A stretch of 32,000 nucleotides of DNA from Alkanindiges illinoisensis DSM 15370. Its GTDB lineage: Bacteria; Pseudomonadota; Gammaproteobacteria; Pseudomonadales; Moraxellaceae. A program made the position numbers and the translations under genes. Where the stretch lies: the NCBI RefSeq assembly GCF_000619845.1, contig NZ_KK211037.1, positions 30,001 through 62,000 on the forward strand, given 5' to 3'. The notes below the pieces were generated by a model, which ran no database searches, was not told where the DNA came from, and saw only the letters and a program-made list of their open reading frames with translations. Shown here piece after piece: positions 20,943 to 28,980 of this stretch; position 1 is the stretch's first letter, and every line of letters begins with the position of its first letter.

Positions 20943-21875
20943 TTACAGGAAATTTGGATTCCCTTCACGGATTTGTATTGCCAGTTGAAGCAAATTGCGT
21001 GCTGAAGGTGGGGCATTGTGCGTGTGTAAAACCAGTCCTGTTTCCATCATTGGCGCGTCTCCACATAAGGCCTTATAAACAACGCCAGTCCGCTGCAAAG
21101 TCCGCATTGAATCAGGCACCAGGGCAAAACCCATTCCCGCAGAGATCAGTCCAATCATCGTTTGCATCTGGATGGCCTGCTGACCGAGCAAGGGTTCGAT
21201 GCCAAGCTGTGCATAATATCCAATGATGAGATCGTGCAGGGCTGGTGAACTTTCGCGGGGAAAAAGGATTAAGGGTAAATGTGCCATATCACGCAGATTG
21301 ACGGTGTCACTATCGCCAATTTTATTTTTTTCATTAAGCCATGTCTGCGGTAGCGCAATGATCAGCGGTTCAGAGGATATCGGGTGATAATCAAGGTTTG
21401 GCGGAAAATCCCGATGGGTCGGGGCAATCACTAGTCCAATATCAATCTCATGGTTTAACAGGGCCTGCACCTGAAGGTTGCTTGTGGCTTCTTTTAAGGT
21501 GATTTCAACATCAGGAAAAGCCATTGAAAAACGGCTGACCAATTCTGGCAAGAGTCCATAGACAGTACTACTGACAAAGCTTAAATGAAGCGTTCCAATT
21601 TCGCCGCGCGCTAATCGTTGGGCAACTTGCGGTAAAGCCTCGGTCTGGTCCAGAATTTGACGGACATGCGGTAACCATAATGCCCCAACCGGGGTTAGGC
21701 TGACACTACGGTTGGTACGGTTGAATAAGACAATGCCTAACTCTTGTTCCAGTGCCTGAATACTTTGACTTAAAGGCGGCTGTGTCATATGTAGACGTGC
21801 CGCCGCCCGCCCGAAATGCAGCTCTTCCGCCACTACAACGAAGTGTCTAAGCGATCTTAGTGTTGCTGTAGTCAT
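20943..21875 (-). CDS. LysR-family transcriptional regulator.
   Basis: The N-terminal HTH LRHFVVVAEELHFGRAAARLHMTQPPLSQSIQALEQELGIVLFNRTNRSVSLTPVG is the classic LysR signature. The protein is 310 aa and is divergent from the dehydratase gene. Confidence 0.95.
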   Translation of the reverse strand: MTTATLRSLRHFVVVAEELHFGRAAARLHMTQPPLSQSIQALEQELGIVLFNRTNRSVSLTPVGALWLPHVRQILDQTEALPQVAQRLARGEIGTLHLSFVSSTVYGLLPELVSRFSMAFPDVEITLKEATSNLQVQALLNHEIDIGLVIAPTHRDFPPNLDYHPISSEPLIIALPQTWLNEKNKIGDSDTVNLRDMAHLPLILFPRESSPALHDLIIGYYAQLGIEPLLGQQAIQMQTMIGLISAGMGFALVPDSMRTLQRTGVVYKALCGDAPMMETGLVLHTHNAPPSARNLLQLAIQIREGNPNFL

Positions 21876-21952
21876 ATATTTTTAGACCTATTCTGATATG
21901 TTTAATATATTTTACTCGATACAAGGCAGCAGGTATGCTGTTTATAAGATGT

Positions 21953-21983
21953 TATGCCTTTCCCTTAATCCGCTTAAGGCATA
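21953..21983. promoter_or_regulatory. Inverted repeat TATGCCTT-N15-AAGGCATA in the LysR/dehydratase divergent intergenic region. Candidate regulator binding site.
   Basis: Perfect 8-bp arms located 78-108 nt upstream of the ATG at 22062. The assignment to the LysR protein is inference only. Confidence 0.25.
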
Positions 21984-22061
21984 GAATTATCCCCAATTTG
22001 TAAAACATGCTACCCACGCTATTGGCGCAGGCACATCCCAAGCACAGACTAGGAACATCCC

Positions 22062-23768
22062 ATGAGTAATGACAGCAATAACAATCAGAACAACCTTAAT
22101 CTACGCAAGCATTCATCACAGGTGGTCGATGGCGTGGAATGCGCCCCGGCCCGTGCCATGCTACGTGCGGTAGGCTTTACTGATGAAGATTTCAAAAAAC
22201 CACAGGTGGGCATTGCATCCACCTGGGCCAATGTCACGCCGTGCAACATGCACATTGACGGCCTGGCGCGCAATGCTGAAAGTGGTGTTAATGCAGCAGG
22301 CGGCAAGGGTGTCATTTTTAACACCATTACCATTTCCGACGGCATTGCCAATGGCACCGAAGGCATGAAGTATTCCATGGTATCGCGTGAAATTATTGCC
22401 GATTCGATTGAAGCTGTCGCCGGCTGTGAAGGCTTTGATGCACTGGTTGCCATTGGTGGCTGCGACAAAAATATGCCGGGCTGTATCATGGGCCTGGCGC
22501 GCCTTAACCGTCCGTCCATTTTTGTGTATGGTGGTTCCATTCAGCCGGGCAAGGGCCATACCGATGTAATTTCCGTATTTGAAGCCGTTGGCCAGCATGC
22601 CAAGGGCGAGCTGAATGAAATTCAGGTCAAGCAAATTGAAGAAGTGGCCATTCCGGGGCCAGGTTCCTGCGGCGGCATGTATACCGCCAATACCATGGCG
22701 TCTGCTATTGAAGCGCTGGGCATGAGCCTGCCGGGTTCCAGTGCGCAGGATGCCGTGTCACAGGAAAAACAGGATGATTGTACCCGTGCCGGTGAAGCTG
22801 TGTTAAATCTGCTGCGTCTGGACATTAAACCCAGCGACATTATGACCAAGGCTGCGTTTGAAAACTCCATTAAAGTAGTGATTGCGCTGGGTGGCTCTAC
22901 CAATGCCGTGCTGCATTTAATTGCCATGGCGCGCACCATGGATGTGGACTTGAGCCTTGATGACTTTGTGCGTGTGGGCAAGGAAACCCCAATGCTGGCG
23001 GACGTGCGTCCATCCGGCAAATACATGATGAGTGAGCTGGTGGCGATTGGCGGAATTCAGCCTTTAATGAAGCGCATGCTGGATGCCGGCATGCTGGATG
23101 GTTCTTGTTTAACCGTAACCGGTAAAACGCTGGCCGAAAATCTGGCAGATGTGCAGGACTATCCAAGCGACCAGCAAATCATCATGCCGTTTGATGCGCC
23201 GATCAAAAAAGATTCCCATTTGGTGATCTTAAAGGGCAACCTGGCCTCAGAAGGCTCGGTGGCCAAGATTACCGGCAAGGAAGGCTTGCGCTTTGAAGGC
23301 CCTGCGCGCGTATTTGAAGGCGAAGAAGGCGCGATGGCGGGTATTTTAAATGGTGAAGTGCAAGCCGGTGAAGTCGTAGTGATTCGCGGCGAAGGCCCGA
23401 AAGGCGGCCCCGGCATGCGTGAAATGCTCAAACCCACCTCGGCCATTATGGGCAAGGGGCTGGGTCAGTCGGTGGCACTGATTACTGATGGCCGTTTCAG
23501 TGGTGGTAGCCATGGTTTTGTGGTGGGTCATGTCACCCCGGAAGCCTTTGAAGGCGGGCTAATTGGCCTGGTCAATACCGGTGATCGTATTAGCATTGAT
23601 GCAGAGACCCGTGAAATTACCCTGCATGTGGATGAGGCGGAACTGGCCACCCGTCGTGCCAACTGGACGCGTCCGGCGCCTAAATATACCCGTGGCGTAC
23701 TGGCTAAATATGCCCGTCTGGTGTCCAGTGCATCAACTGGTGCATTAACGGATGTTAATCTGGACTAA
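22062..23768 (+). CDS. ilvD: IlvD/Edd-family dehydratase, short form (568 aa). Most likely dihydroxy-acid dehydratase.
   Basis: Family motifs are present: [29 protein letters not shown] and [29 protein letters not shown] lies 7 nt upstream of the ATG. A sugar-acid dehydratase paralog cannot be excluded from the sequence alone. Confidence 0.8.
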   Translation: MSNDSNNNQNNLNLRKHSSQVVDGVECAPARAMLRAVGFTDEDFKKPQVGIASTWANVTPCNMHIDGLARNAESGVNAAGGKGVIFNTITISDGIANGTEGMKYSMVSREIIADSIEAVAGCEGFDALVAIGGCDKNMPGCIMGLARLNRPSIFVYGGSIQPGKGHTDVISVFEAVGQHAKGELNEIQVKQIEEVAIPGPGSCGGMYTANTMASAIEALGMSLPGSSAQDAVSQEKQDDCTRAGEAVLNLLRLDIKPSDIMTKAAFENSIKVVIALGGSTNAVLHLIAMARTMDVDLSLDDFVRVGKETPMLADVRPSGKYMMSELVAIGGIQPLMKRMLDAGMLDGSCLTVTGKTLAENLADVQDYPSDQQIIMPFDAPIKKDSHLVILKGNLASEGSVAKITGKEGLRFEGPARVFEGEEGAMAGILNGEVQAGEVVVIRGEGPKGGPGMREMLKPTSAIMGKGLGQSVALITDGRFSGGSHGFVVGHVTPEAFEGGLIGLVNTGDRISIDAETREITLHVDEAELATRRANWTRPAPKYTRGVLAKYARLVSSASTGALTDVNLD

Positions 23769-23804
23769 ATTGTCCTAAAGGTCTGGTGCTAAGCGGCCAT
23801 TCCC

Positions 23805-23844
23805 AAAATGCCCTGTTGGATTGATGCTGACAGGGCATTTTTTT
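23805..23844 (+). terminator. Rho-independent terminator after the dehydratase gene.
   Basis: AAAATGCCCTGT-13 nt-ACAGGGCATTTT running into a T7 tract. The A-run on the left arm could allow use from the minus strand as well. Confidence 0.8.
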
Positions 23845-23914
23845 AGCTTAAGGTAAGATTTATGAGCAGAGCTTACGAAACTGGCTTTGCTAGACTAACT
23901 TTACGAAAGCGCTT

Positions 23915-25036
23915 TTACTTGAGCCGCACAGTTTTAACTTGTTGTGCAGGTTCCAGATCAATCCCCTGACGCAATTGCCCGATGGTCACCTGCAAGGCTT
24001 CGGCAACCATCACCGCTTCATTCTGTACCGCCTGATCACGATCCAGCGCTTCATGGCTTTCAGCATAGGATTCATAATAACCAATATAGCGGTCCAGCCG
24101 GCCCTTAAAACCAGCTGCAATAAAGCCCATCCAGTCCAATTGATCGCACAGGTTACGCCGTTGCGCTTCAACCCCTGCCACATCGCCGTGTACGATGACG
24201 GCATAGGCGCGGCCTGCCAGATGTTTGGGATAATCCCAGCCAGCCAGTTCAATCTGTTTGGCCTCAATGGCTTTTTTGCCATGCGTGCTGGTGGGATCAG
24301 GATTACCGCCATCGAGGCACACTAGCCGGTCCATCAGGTTTTTTAACCCACCCGGCGACTGATACCAGTAGGTTGGCGATACAATCAATAATCCATGTGC
24401 CGCTGCCAGTTTGGTATAAATTTCATTCATCCAGTCGCCGGTCTGGTTGAGCGAATGATTGGGATAGCAGCTACAGGGAAAATGGCACAGCGGCATGGCA
24501 GTTGCTACGCAGCCCTTGCAGGGGTGAATATTCAGGCCGTATTCGGAAGTCAGGCGGCTTAAATCAATCACCTCGCACACGGTTCCCTCACGTTCAAGCT
24601 GTGCTTTGGCAATATTGGCCAGCCGCCAGCTTTTGCTGACTTCACCGGGGCAGGTGTCATCATTACGATGGCTGGCAATAATAATCAGTACCTGATCTGG
24701 CGTGCTGCGATCCTGCTGGGTTTGCTTGGCGGTTTCAATGGCAGCTTTGGCATCCAGCCATTCCACAGCAATTTCATAATCCGGGTCAGCATAGCCTTCA
24801 CCTGCCGCACGGGTAATTGGGGCTTTGCGGCCATCCTGATAATTTTTCCAGGCAATGTCTTCCAGTAGGGCAATTTGGGTTTTGGCCTGCTCAAAGCGGG
24901 GGTCAGCAAAGGACTGGCGAAAGCGCTGGCCAAAGGTAGCCCGATCCAGATGACCGGAGCCTTGACCAGTACGGGGAACAGGCGTGGCGCGGACTGTTGT
25001 ACTTGAGGATTTGGCAGGTGAATCAGGTAATGACAT
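23915..25036 (-). CDS. Flavodoxin-like NAD(P)H-dependent FMN reductase / iron-sulfur flavoprotein-like protein with a ~120-aa N-terminal extension.
   Basis: The core VLIIIASHRNDDTCPGEVSKSW...GLLIVSPTYWYQSPGGLKNLMDRL resembles the FMN-reductase fold. Cys cluster HPCKGCVATAMPLCHFPCSC. The start is uncertain: ATG at 25036 or TTG at 25051, and neither has a clear RBS. Confidence 0.65.
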   Translation of the reverse strand: MSLPDSPAKSSSTTVRATPVPRTGQGSGHLDRATFGQRFRQSFADPRFEQAKTQIALLEDIAWKNYQDGRKAPITRAAGEGYADPDYEIAVEWLDAKAAIETAKQTQQDRSTPDQVLIIIASHRNDDTCPGEVSKSWRLANIAKAQLEREGTVCEVIDLSRLTSEYGLNIHPCKGCVATAMPLCHFPCSCYPNHSLNQTGDWMNEIYTKLAAAHGLLIVSPTYWYQSPGGLKNLMDRLVCLDGGNPDPTSTHGKKAIEAKQIELAGWDYPKHLAGRAYAVIVHGDVAGVEAQRRNLCDQLDWMGFIAAGFKGRLDRYIGYYESYAESHEALDRDQAVQNEAVMVAEALQVTIGQLRQGIDLEPAQQVKTVRLK

Positions 25037-25277
25037 AACAGGTTCAATCAAGTAAAGAGATTATTGTTATCACAATCTGAAAACTGCCGGGTTACCAGCC
25101 ACGTCCGGTAAGAAATTGTTGTGGTTAATCAATACATTTCCAACTGAATAGTGAACCAGTGCTTTGCCTTGTTAGTTTTTTCATCAGGTTTTTGCACACA
25201 GTAAACTTGCGTCCTTGCCATTAGTATTCTAGATTGATAACCCTTAACAACTCCTGTGTGATTGCAAGGAAATATTC

Positions 25278-26582
25278 ATGTCGCTGGCGCGAAGGTGGTT
25301 AGACCCGATCCGTTCCCGATGGTTTTTCAACCGGCCTTACCGGCAACGGCACCTGTCCTCACGCAATGGCATTACGGTTTACCTGCGGTTTGATGATGTC
25401 TACAGTTATCTGTTGGTGCAGCTTTTGCCGCAACTGGAAGAACTGCTGATTCCGCGCTTAAAACCACTGAAGATTGTCATTTGCACACAGGCCAGCCCAC
25501 CGCCCAATCATTTAAGTGCCGCTGCCTGGCAGCAGTATATGCTGGATGATGCCACTGTACTGGCTGCCCAGCACCGCTTTGTCTTTGAAGTTAGTGAAAC
25601 AGTTCGCGCCAGTTTGCCCAGCCCGGCACTTATTCAGCAAGCCACCACTGTTTTAAAAACTTCGCCTTTGCGCGGCATGGATTACCTGCATTTGTTGCAG
25701 GATATTTTTCACATGCTGTGGCAAAACCAGCAAGGCAAGCTCAATACCCTGCATTACATGGCCACGCGGCGCCCATCTCTGGCGTCTACCAGCAATGCAG
25801 CGCCTGATTTAGCTGCTATCCGCTTTGTGGATGAACCGATTGCCAGCGGATTTTTATTATTTGGCGGGCGGCATTACCGTGCCATTGATGATTTTTTACG
25901 CCTGACCCGGCGCCTAAAACAACAAAAATTACTGAATAACGAGCCAATTTTTTTAATCAACCATATTGAATGGGGCGAGCATCTGGTCAATGACCCGGAA
26001 AACCTCAATGAAATACAGGCGCTGCATGCCCGACTGGACATTTATCTGGCGCTGGAAGACCCGGTGAGCTGGCTGATTCTGGCCTATATCAAGCGCGAGC
26101 TGGTGGATTATTATAATCTCACGCTAAGGGTGCATCCGTTGCCGTATCAGGGACGTGATGACTTTGACTGGGGCCTGATTGCGCGTTTATCACGGCGTAC
26201 CGAGGTCAGCATTGCGCCATTTTGCCGTCCAACGCAGGCGGCTACCCTGAATCTGGCGCGCATCCTGTATAGCGTGGATGAGGAACAGCGCAGTGAAGTC
26301 CTGCTGGATTTGCTTAAATGTGTCTGGTGCAAGGGGCTGGATGCCAGTTTTGCACCGCATGTCCAGCGCTTAATGACAATGGCACTTGAGCAGCAGCAAC
26401 TGATTGATTTACCAGAAACCGAAGCCTGGCTGGCGTCCAATCAGGCCACCTGTGAGGATTATCAGCAGCCGGATTTGCCAGTAATGGTATTACAAATTGG
26501 CGAACAACAGCAGGTGTTTAACAGCCTGTACCGGGTCTGGCGTATTGAAAGCCTGCTGGCTGAGGCACTGGAAGAACATTAA
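25278..26582 (+). CDS. Hypothetical protein, possibly a tandem DsbA/2-hydroxychromene-2-carboxylate-isomerase-like fold without catalytic Cys.
   Basis: 434-aa ORF with AAGGAA 8 nt upstream of the ATG. Two segments resemble the N-terminal signature of HCCA-isomerase/DsbA-like proteins ((I/V)xFYxDFxSPxSYL): ITVYLRFDDVYSYLLVQL and LDIYLALEDPVSWLILAY. The functional call is weak. Confidence 0.55.
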   Translation: MSLARRWLDPIRSRWFFNRPYRQRHLSSRNGITVYLRFDDVYSYLLVQLLPQLEELLIPRLKPLKIVICTQASPPPNHLSAAAWQQYMLDDATVLAAQHRFVFEVSETVRASLPSPALIQQATTVLKTSPLRGMDYLHLLQDIFHMLWQNQQGKLNTLHYMATRRPSLASTSNAAPDLAAIRFVDEPIASGFLLFGGRHYRAIDDFLRLTRRLKQQKLLNNEPIFLINHIEWGEHLVNDPENLNEIQALHARLDIYLALEDPVSWLILAYIKRELVDYYNLTLRVHPLPYQGRDDFDWGLIARLSRRTEVSIAPFCRPTQAATLNLARILYSVDEEQRSEVLLDLLKCVWCKGLDASFAPHVQRLMTMALEQQQLIDLPETEAWLASNQATCEDYQQPDLPVMVLQIGEQQQVFNSLYRVWRIESLLAEALEEH

Positions 26583-26760
26583 ACCCAGAATGAATTGCCT
26601 GAATTTCAAGTTAAAATTGTTATACCCAGCCCACCTGATACTGGGTTCTTTATATTGAAATACTGAACGCAGCAGTCAACAAACATTTTTGATCGTTTAT
26701 TGCAGCATTATCCTAAATCTTTTAAATTGGTTCGCATGTGAAATAAATAGTACCGCCAAG

Positions 26761-27186
26761 ATGCGTCAGCAACCGTTTTTCATCTTTCTGCTAAACAGTA
26801 GCCAGCGCCGTTTGCAACGCTGGATTGAGTCACACCGGCAGCCGGACTTTCAGGTGTCAGCTGCACAGGCCGGGGTATTGTTTGTGCTGGAAAAACAGGA
26901 TGGCGCACTGGCTGGTGATATTGCCCAGACACTGGATCTGGTGCCGTCAGCCGTGTCTGGCCTGATTGACCGCATGCAGCGGCAACAACTACTGGAACGC
27001 AAAAAATGCCCTCAAGATGGCCGCGCTACCCGCTTGTGGCTGACGCCCTTGGGCAAAGACCAGCTGACGTTATTCAAGACCCAGCTTGCGGCACTTAATC
27101 TGCGGCTCACACAAGGGTTTACCAGCGATGAGCTGGCTATTGTTGAACGCTGGTTAAACCATATCCGACAGGAATTTCAGGACTAA
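26761..27186 (+). CDS. MarR-family transcriptional regulator (141 aa).
   Basis: Winged-HTH core LAGDIAQTLDLVPSAVSGLIDRMQRQQLLERKKCPQDGRATRLWLTPLGKDQL. I prefer the ATG at 26761 over the TTG at 26689 because of the typical MarR length. The stop lies 4 nt before the next gene. Confidence 0.85.
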   Translation: MRQQPFFIFLLNSSQRRLQRWIESHRQPDFQVSAAQAGVLFVLEKQDGALAGDIAQTLDLVPSAVSGLIDRMQRQQLLERKKCPQDGRATRLWLTPLGKDQLTLFKTQLAALNLRLTQGFTSDELAIVERWLNHIRQEFQD

Positions 27187-27190
27187 TTCA

Positions 27191-28093
27191 ATGAACAAAC
27201 CTATTACTCCTCAAACTGTCCATATCATTGCTGAAGATGGCTATGCCTTGTCTGGCCATTTTTTTAAGGCAGAGGACTCACAGCAAAAACAACCTGTCCT
27301 GTTGTGTCCGGCAACCGGTATTTTGCAGCAGTTTTATTTCAGGTTTTGTGAGTGGTTAAGCCAGCAAGGTCATGCGGTGCTGGTGTTTGATTTTCGCGGC
27401 ATTGGCCAGTCACTGCATGAGCCGGTGAAATACAGTAACGCGCGTATTCAGGACTGGGGGCAGCTGGATATTCCTGCCGCACTGGACTGGCTCACCCTGC
27501 ATACTGGTCAGCCGCAAGTGATTTTAATTGGCCATAGCGCTGGCGGTCAGCTTACCGGGCTGGTGCGCAACCACCAGAAAATTGCACAGGTGATTGCTAT
27601 TGCTGGCTCGACAGGCCATGTCAAAGGCTTAACCGGTAAAACCAAATGGCTGGCACCTGTGTTGTTTAATGTCTACATGCCACTGAATATCCGACTATAC
27701 GGGCATGCCAACAACAAGAAAATTGGCTGGGGCGAAAATCTGCCCAAAGATGTGGCGCGCCAATGGGCGGACTGGTGCAGCAAGCCGGGTTATGTGGCTA
27801 ATGCATTGGGCAAAAGTATTGACCAGCATTATCATGCCGACATTCGCTGTCCGGTAACGGCTATTCATGCTAGTGATGATGAAATTGCCACGCCGACCAA
27901 TGTGGCAGACCTGTTGCGCCTGTATCCCAATGCCGTGCAGCGCACCATTTGCCTTGAGCCAGCCACAGAAGGCTTTCAGCAGATTGGCCACATGGATTTA
28001 TTTAGAAGTTCGCACCAGCGCTTATGGCCTGTGGTGCTGGATGTAATTACTCATTCGCGTTCCGAATCTCAACAGCATGCTGACAGTCTTTAG
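27191..28093 (+). CDS. Alpha/beta-fold serine hydrolase.
   Basis: Nucleophile elbow GHSAGG, a late acidic residue (HASDDEIATP) and a His (QQIGHMDLF). CAGGA lies 9 nt upstream of the ATG. Likely co-transcribed with the MarR gene. Confidence 0.85.
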   Translation: MNKPITPQTVHIIAEDGYALSGHFFKAEDSQQKQPVLLCPATGILQQFYFRFCEWLSQQGHAVLVFDFRGIGQSLHEPVKYSNARIQDWGQLDIPAALDWLTLHTGQPQVILIGHSAGGQLTGLVRNHQKIAQVIAIAGSTGHVKGLTGKTKWLAPVLFNVYMPLNIRLYGHANNKKIGWGENLPKDVARQWADWCSKPGYVANALGKSIDQHYHADIRCPVTAIHASDDEIATPTNVADLLRLYPNAVQRTICLEPATEGFQQIGHMDLFRSSHQRLWPVVLDVITHSRSESQQHADSL

Positions 28094-28445
28094 AAGAAGC
28101 GTATGCAAAAACGGATAGCTGATCTGTTTCGAGAACGATAGCATTGAGTTCAGCACTAAATGCATTTTGTGACACTGAGCATTTAAACTGTTTTAAGTGA
28201 AAATCTCTAACTGGCTGGCAGCTTGCTTCAGCTGTACCCTCTGTAAAACCAGTGAGCGTTTTCAGGTCTAATCGTTCACAACTATTATTTAAAGTGCTGA
28301 GTGTATTGGAATGAACTGGTTCAGCTATTTCAGATTTCACTTTATTATCATCAGACAATTCGGCTTTCGCATCAGAACCAGTTTTGGTACAGCCACTCAA
28401 TAGCAAACTGACCAGTATAACTGCCAGCACGATTAATTGTGTCAT
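28047..28445 (-). CDS. Small lipoprotein (132 aa), function unknown.
   Basis: The signal MTQLIVLAVILVSLLLSG/C has a lipobox LSGC. The mature part has four further Cys. The 3' end overlaps the convergent hydrolase gene by 47 nt. Confidence 0.65.
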   Translation of the reverse strand: MTQLIVLAVILVSLLLSGCTKTGSDAKAELSDDNKVKSEIAEPVHSNTLSTLNNSCERLDLKTLTGFTEGTAEASCQPVRDFHLKQFKCSVSQNAFSAELNAIVLETDQLSVFAYASSKDCQHAVEIRNANE

Positions 28446-28482
28446 GAACGATCTCAGATTATTATTTTAGGTCGCGATTTAA

Positions 28483-28887
28483 TTATTCCTCTAGCCGGGC
28501 AATCATTGCTTCGACATTTGCGCGCCAGTTGGGATATTCCACATTATTTTCCTGCCACAGTTCGTTCAGTTCTGACTGGTTAGACAGAACAATTTTAAGG
28601 CCTGCCAGTACTGCGGTCTTAAACTGATTCAAATCATTCCTGCTTTGCTGTTCCAGCCATTGTTCAAAGGCTTCGTCATTGTGGTCATACACTGTGCCAT
28701 TGAGCAGGTAATCCAGTATCACCCCGGCAATAATGATTTGATGCGCGCGATCATATTCCAGATATTCTTCATCGTCCTCCGTGAGAATAACTTGTTGCAA
28801 AAAATCTACTGCCGTGCTGTCAATCGCTTCTTCCATGGCATCCAGTGCCGTGTCATCCTCAAAAATTCCAGTGCCCCATGCGCCCAT
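28483..28887 (-). CDS. DUF4259-family protein (134 aa).
   Basis: The N-terminus MGAWGTGIFEDDTALD matches the characteristic start of DUF4259 proteins as I remember it. Strong RBS AGGAG 7 nt upstream. Acidic helical protein with no signal peptide. Confidence 0.7.
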   Translation of the reverse strand: MGAWGTGIFEDDTALDAMEEAIDSTAVDFLQQVILTEDDEEYLEYDRAHQIIIAGVILDYLLNGTVYDHNDEAFEQWLEQQSRNDLNQFKTAVLAGLKIVLSNQSELNELWQENNVEYPNWRANVEAMIARLEE

Positions 28888-28980
28888 ATCATTCTCCTCT
28901 TATGAAATTTAAGTCCATAAAACCATAATAAATCATGTAATTGCATGAATTAACCCTATCTGGTTTTAATGTCTTCTACG

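Noticed and set aside
22085-23531. Minus-strand and off-frame ORFs (up to 157 aa) within the dehydratase gene.
   Set aside because: The plus-strand frame carries all the IlvD/Edd motifs, and these ORFs are shadows.
26689-26760. Long TTG-initiated version (165 aa) of the MarR gene.
   Set aside because: The extension (MIVYCSIILNLLNWFACEINSTAK) is atypical for MarR proteins. The 141-aa ATG-initiated form matches the usual family length. No strong RBS supports either start, so some uncertainty remains.
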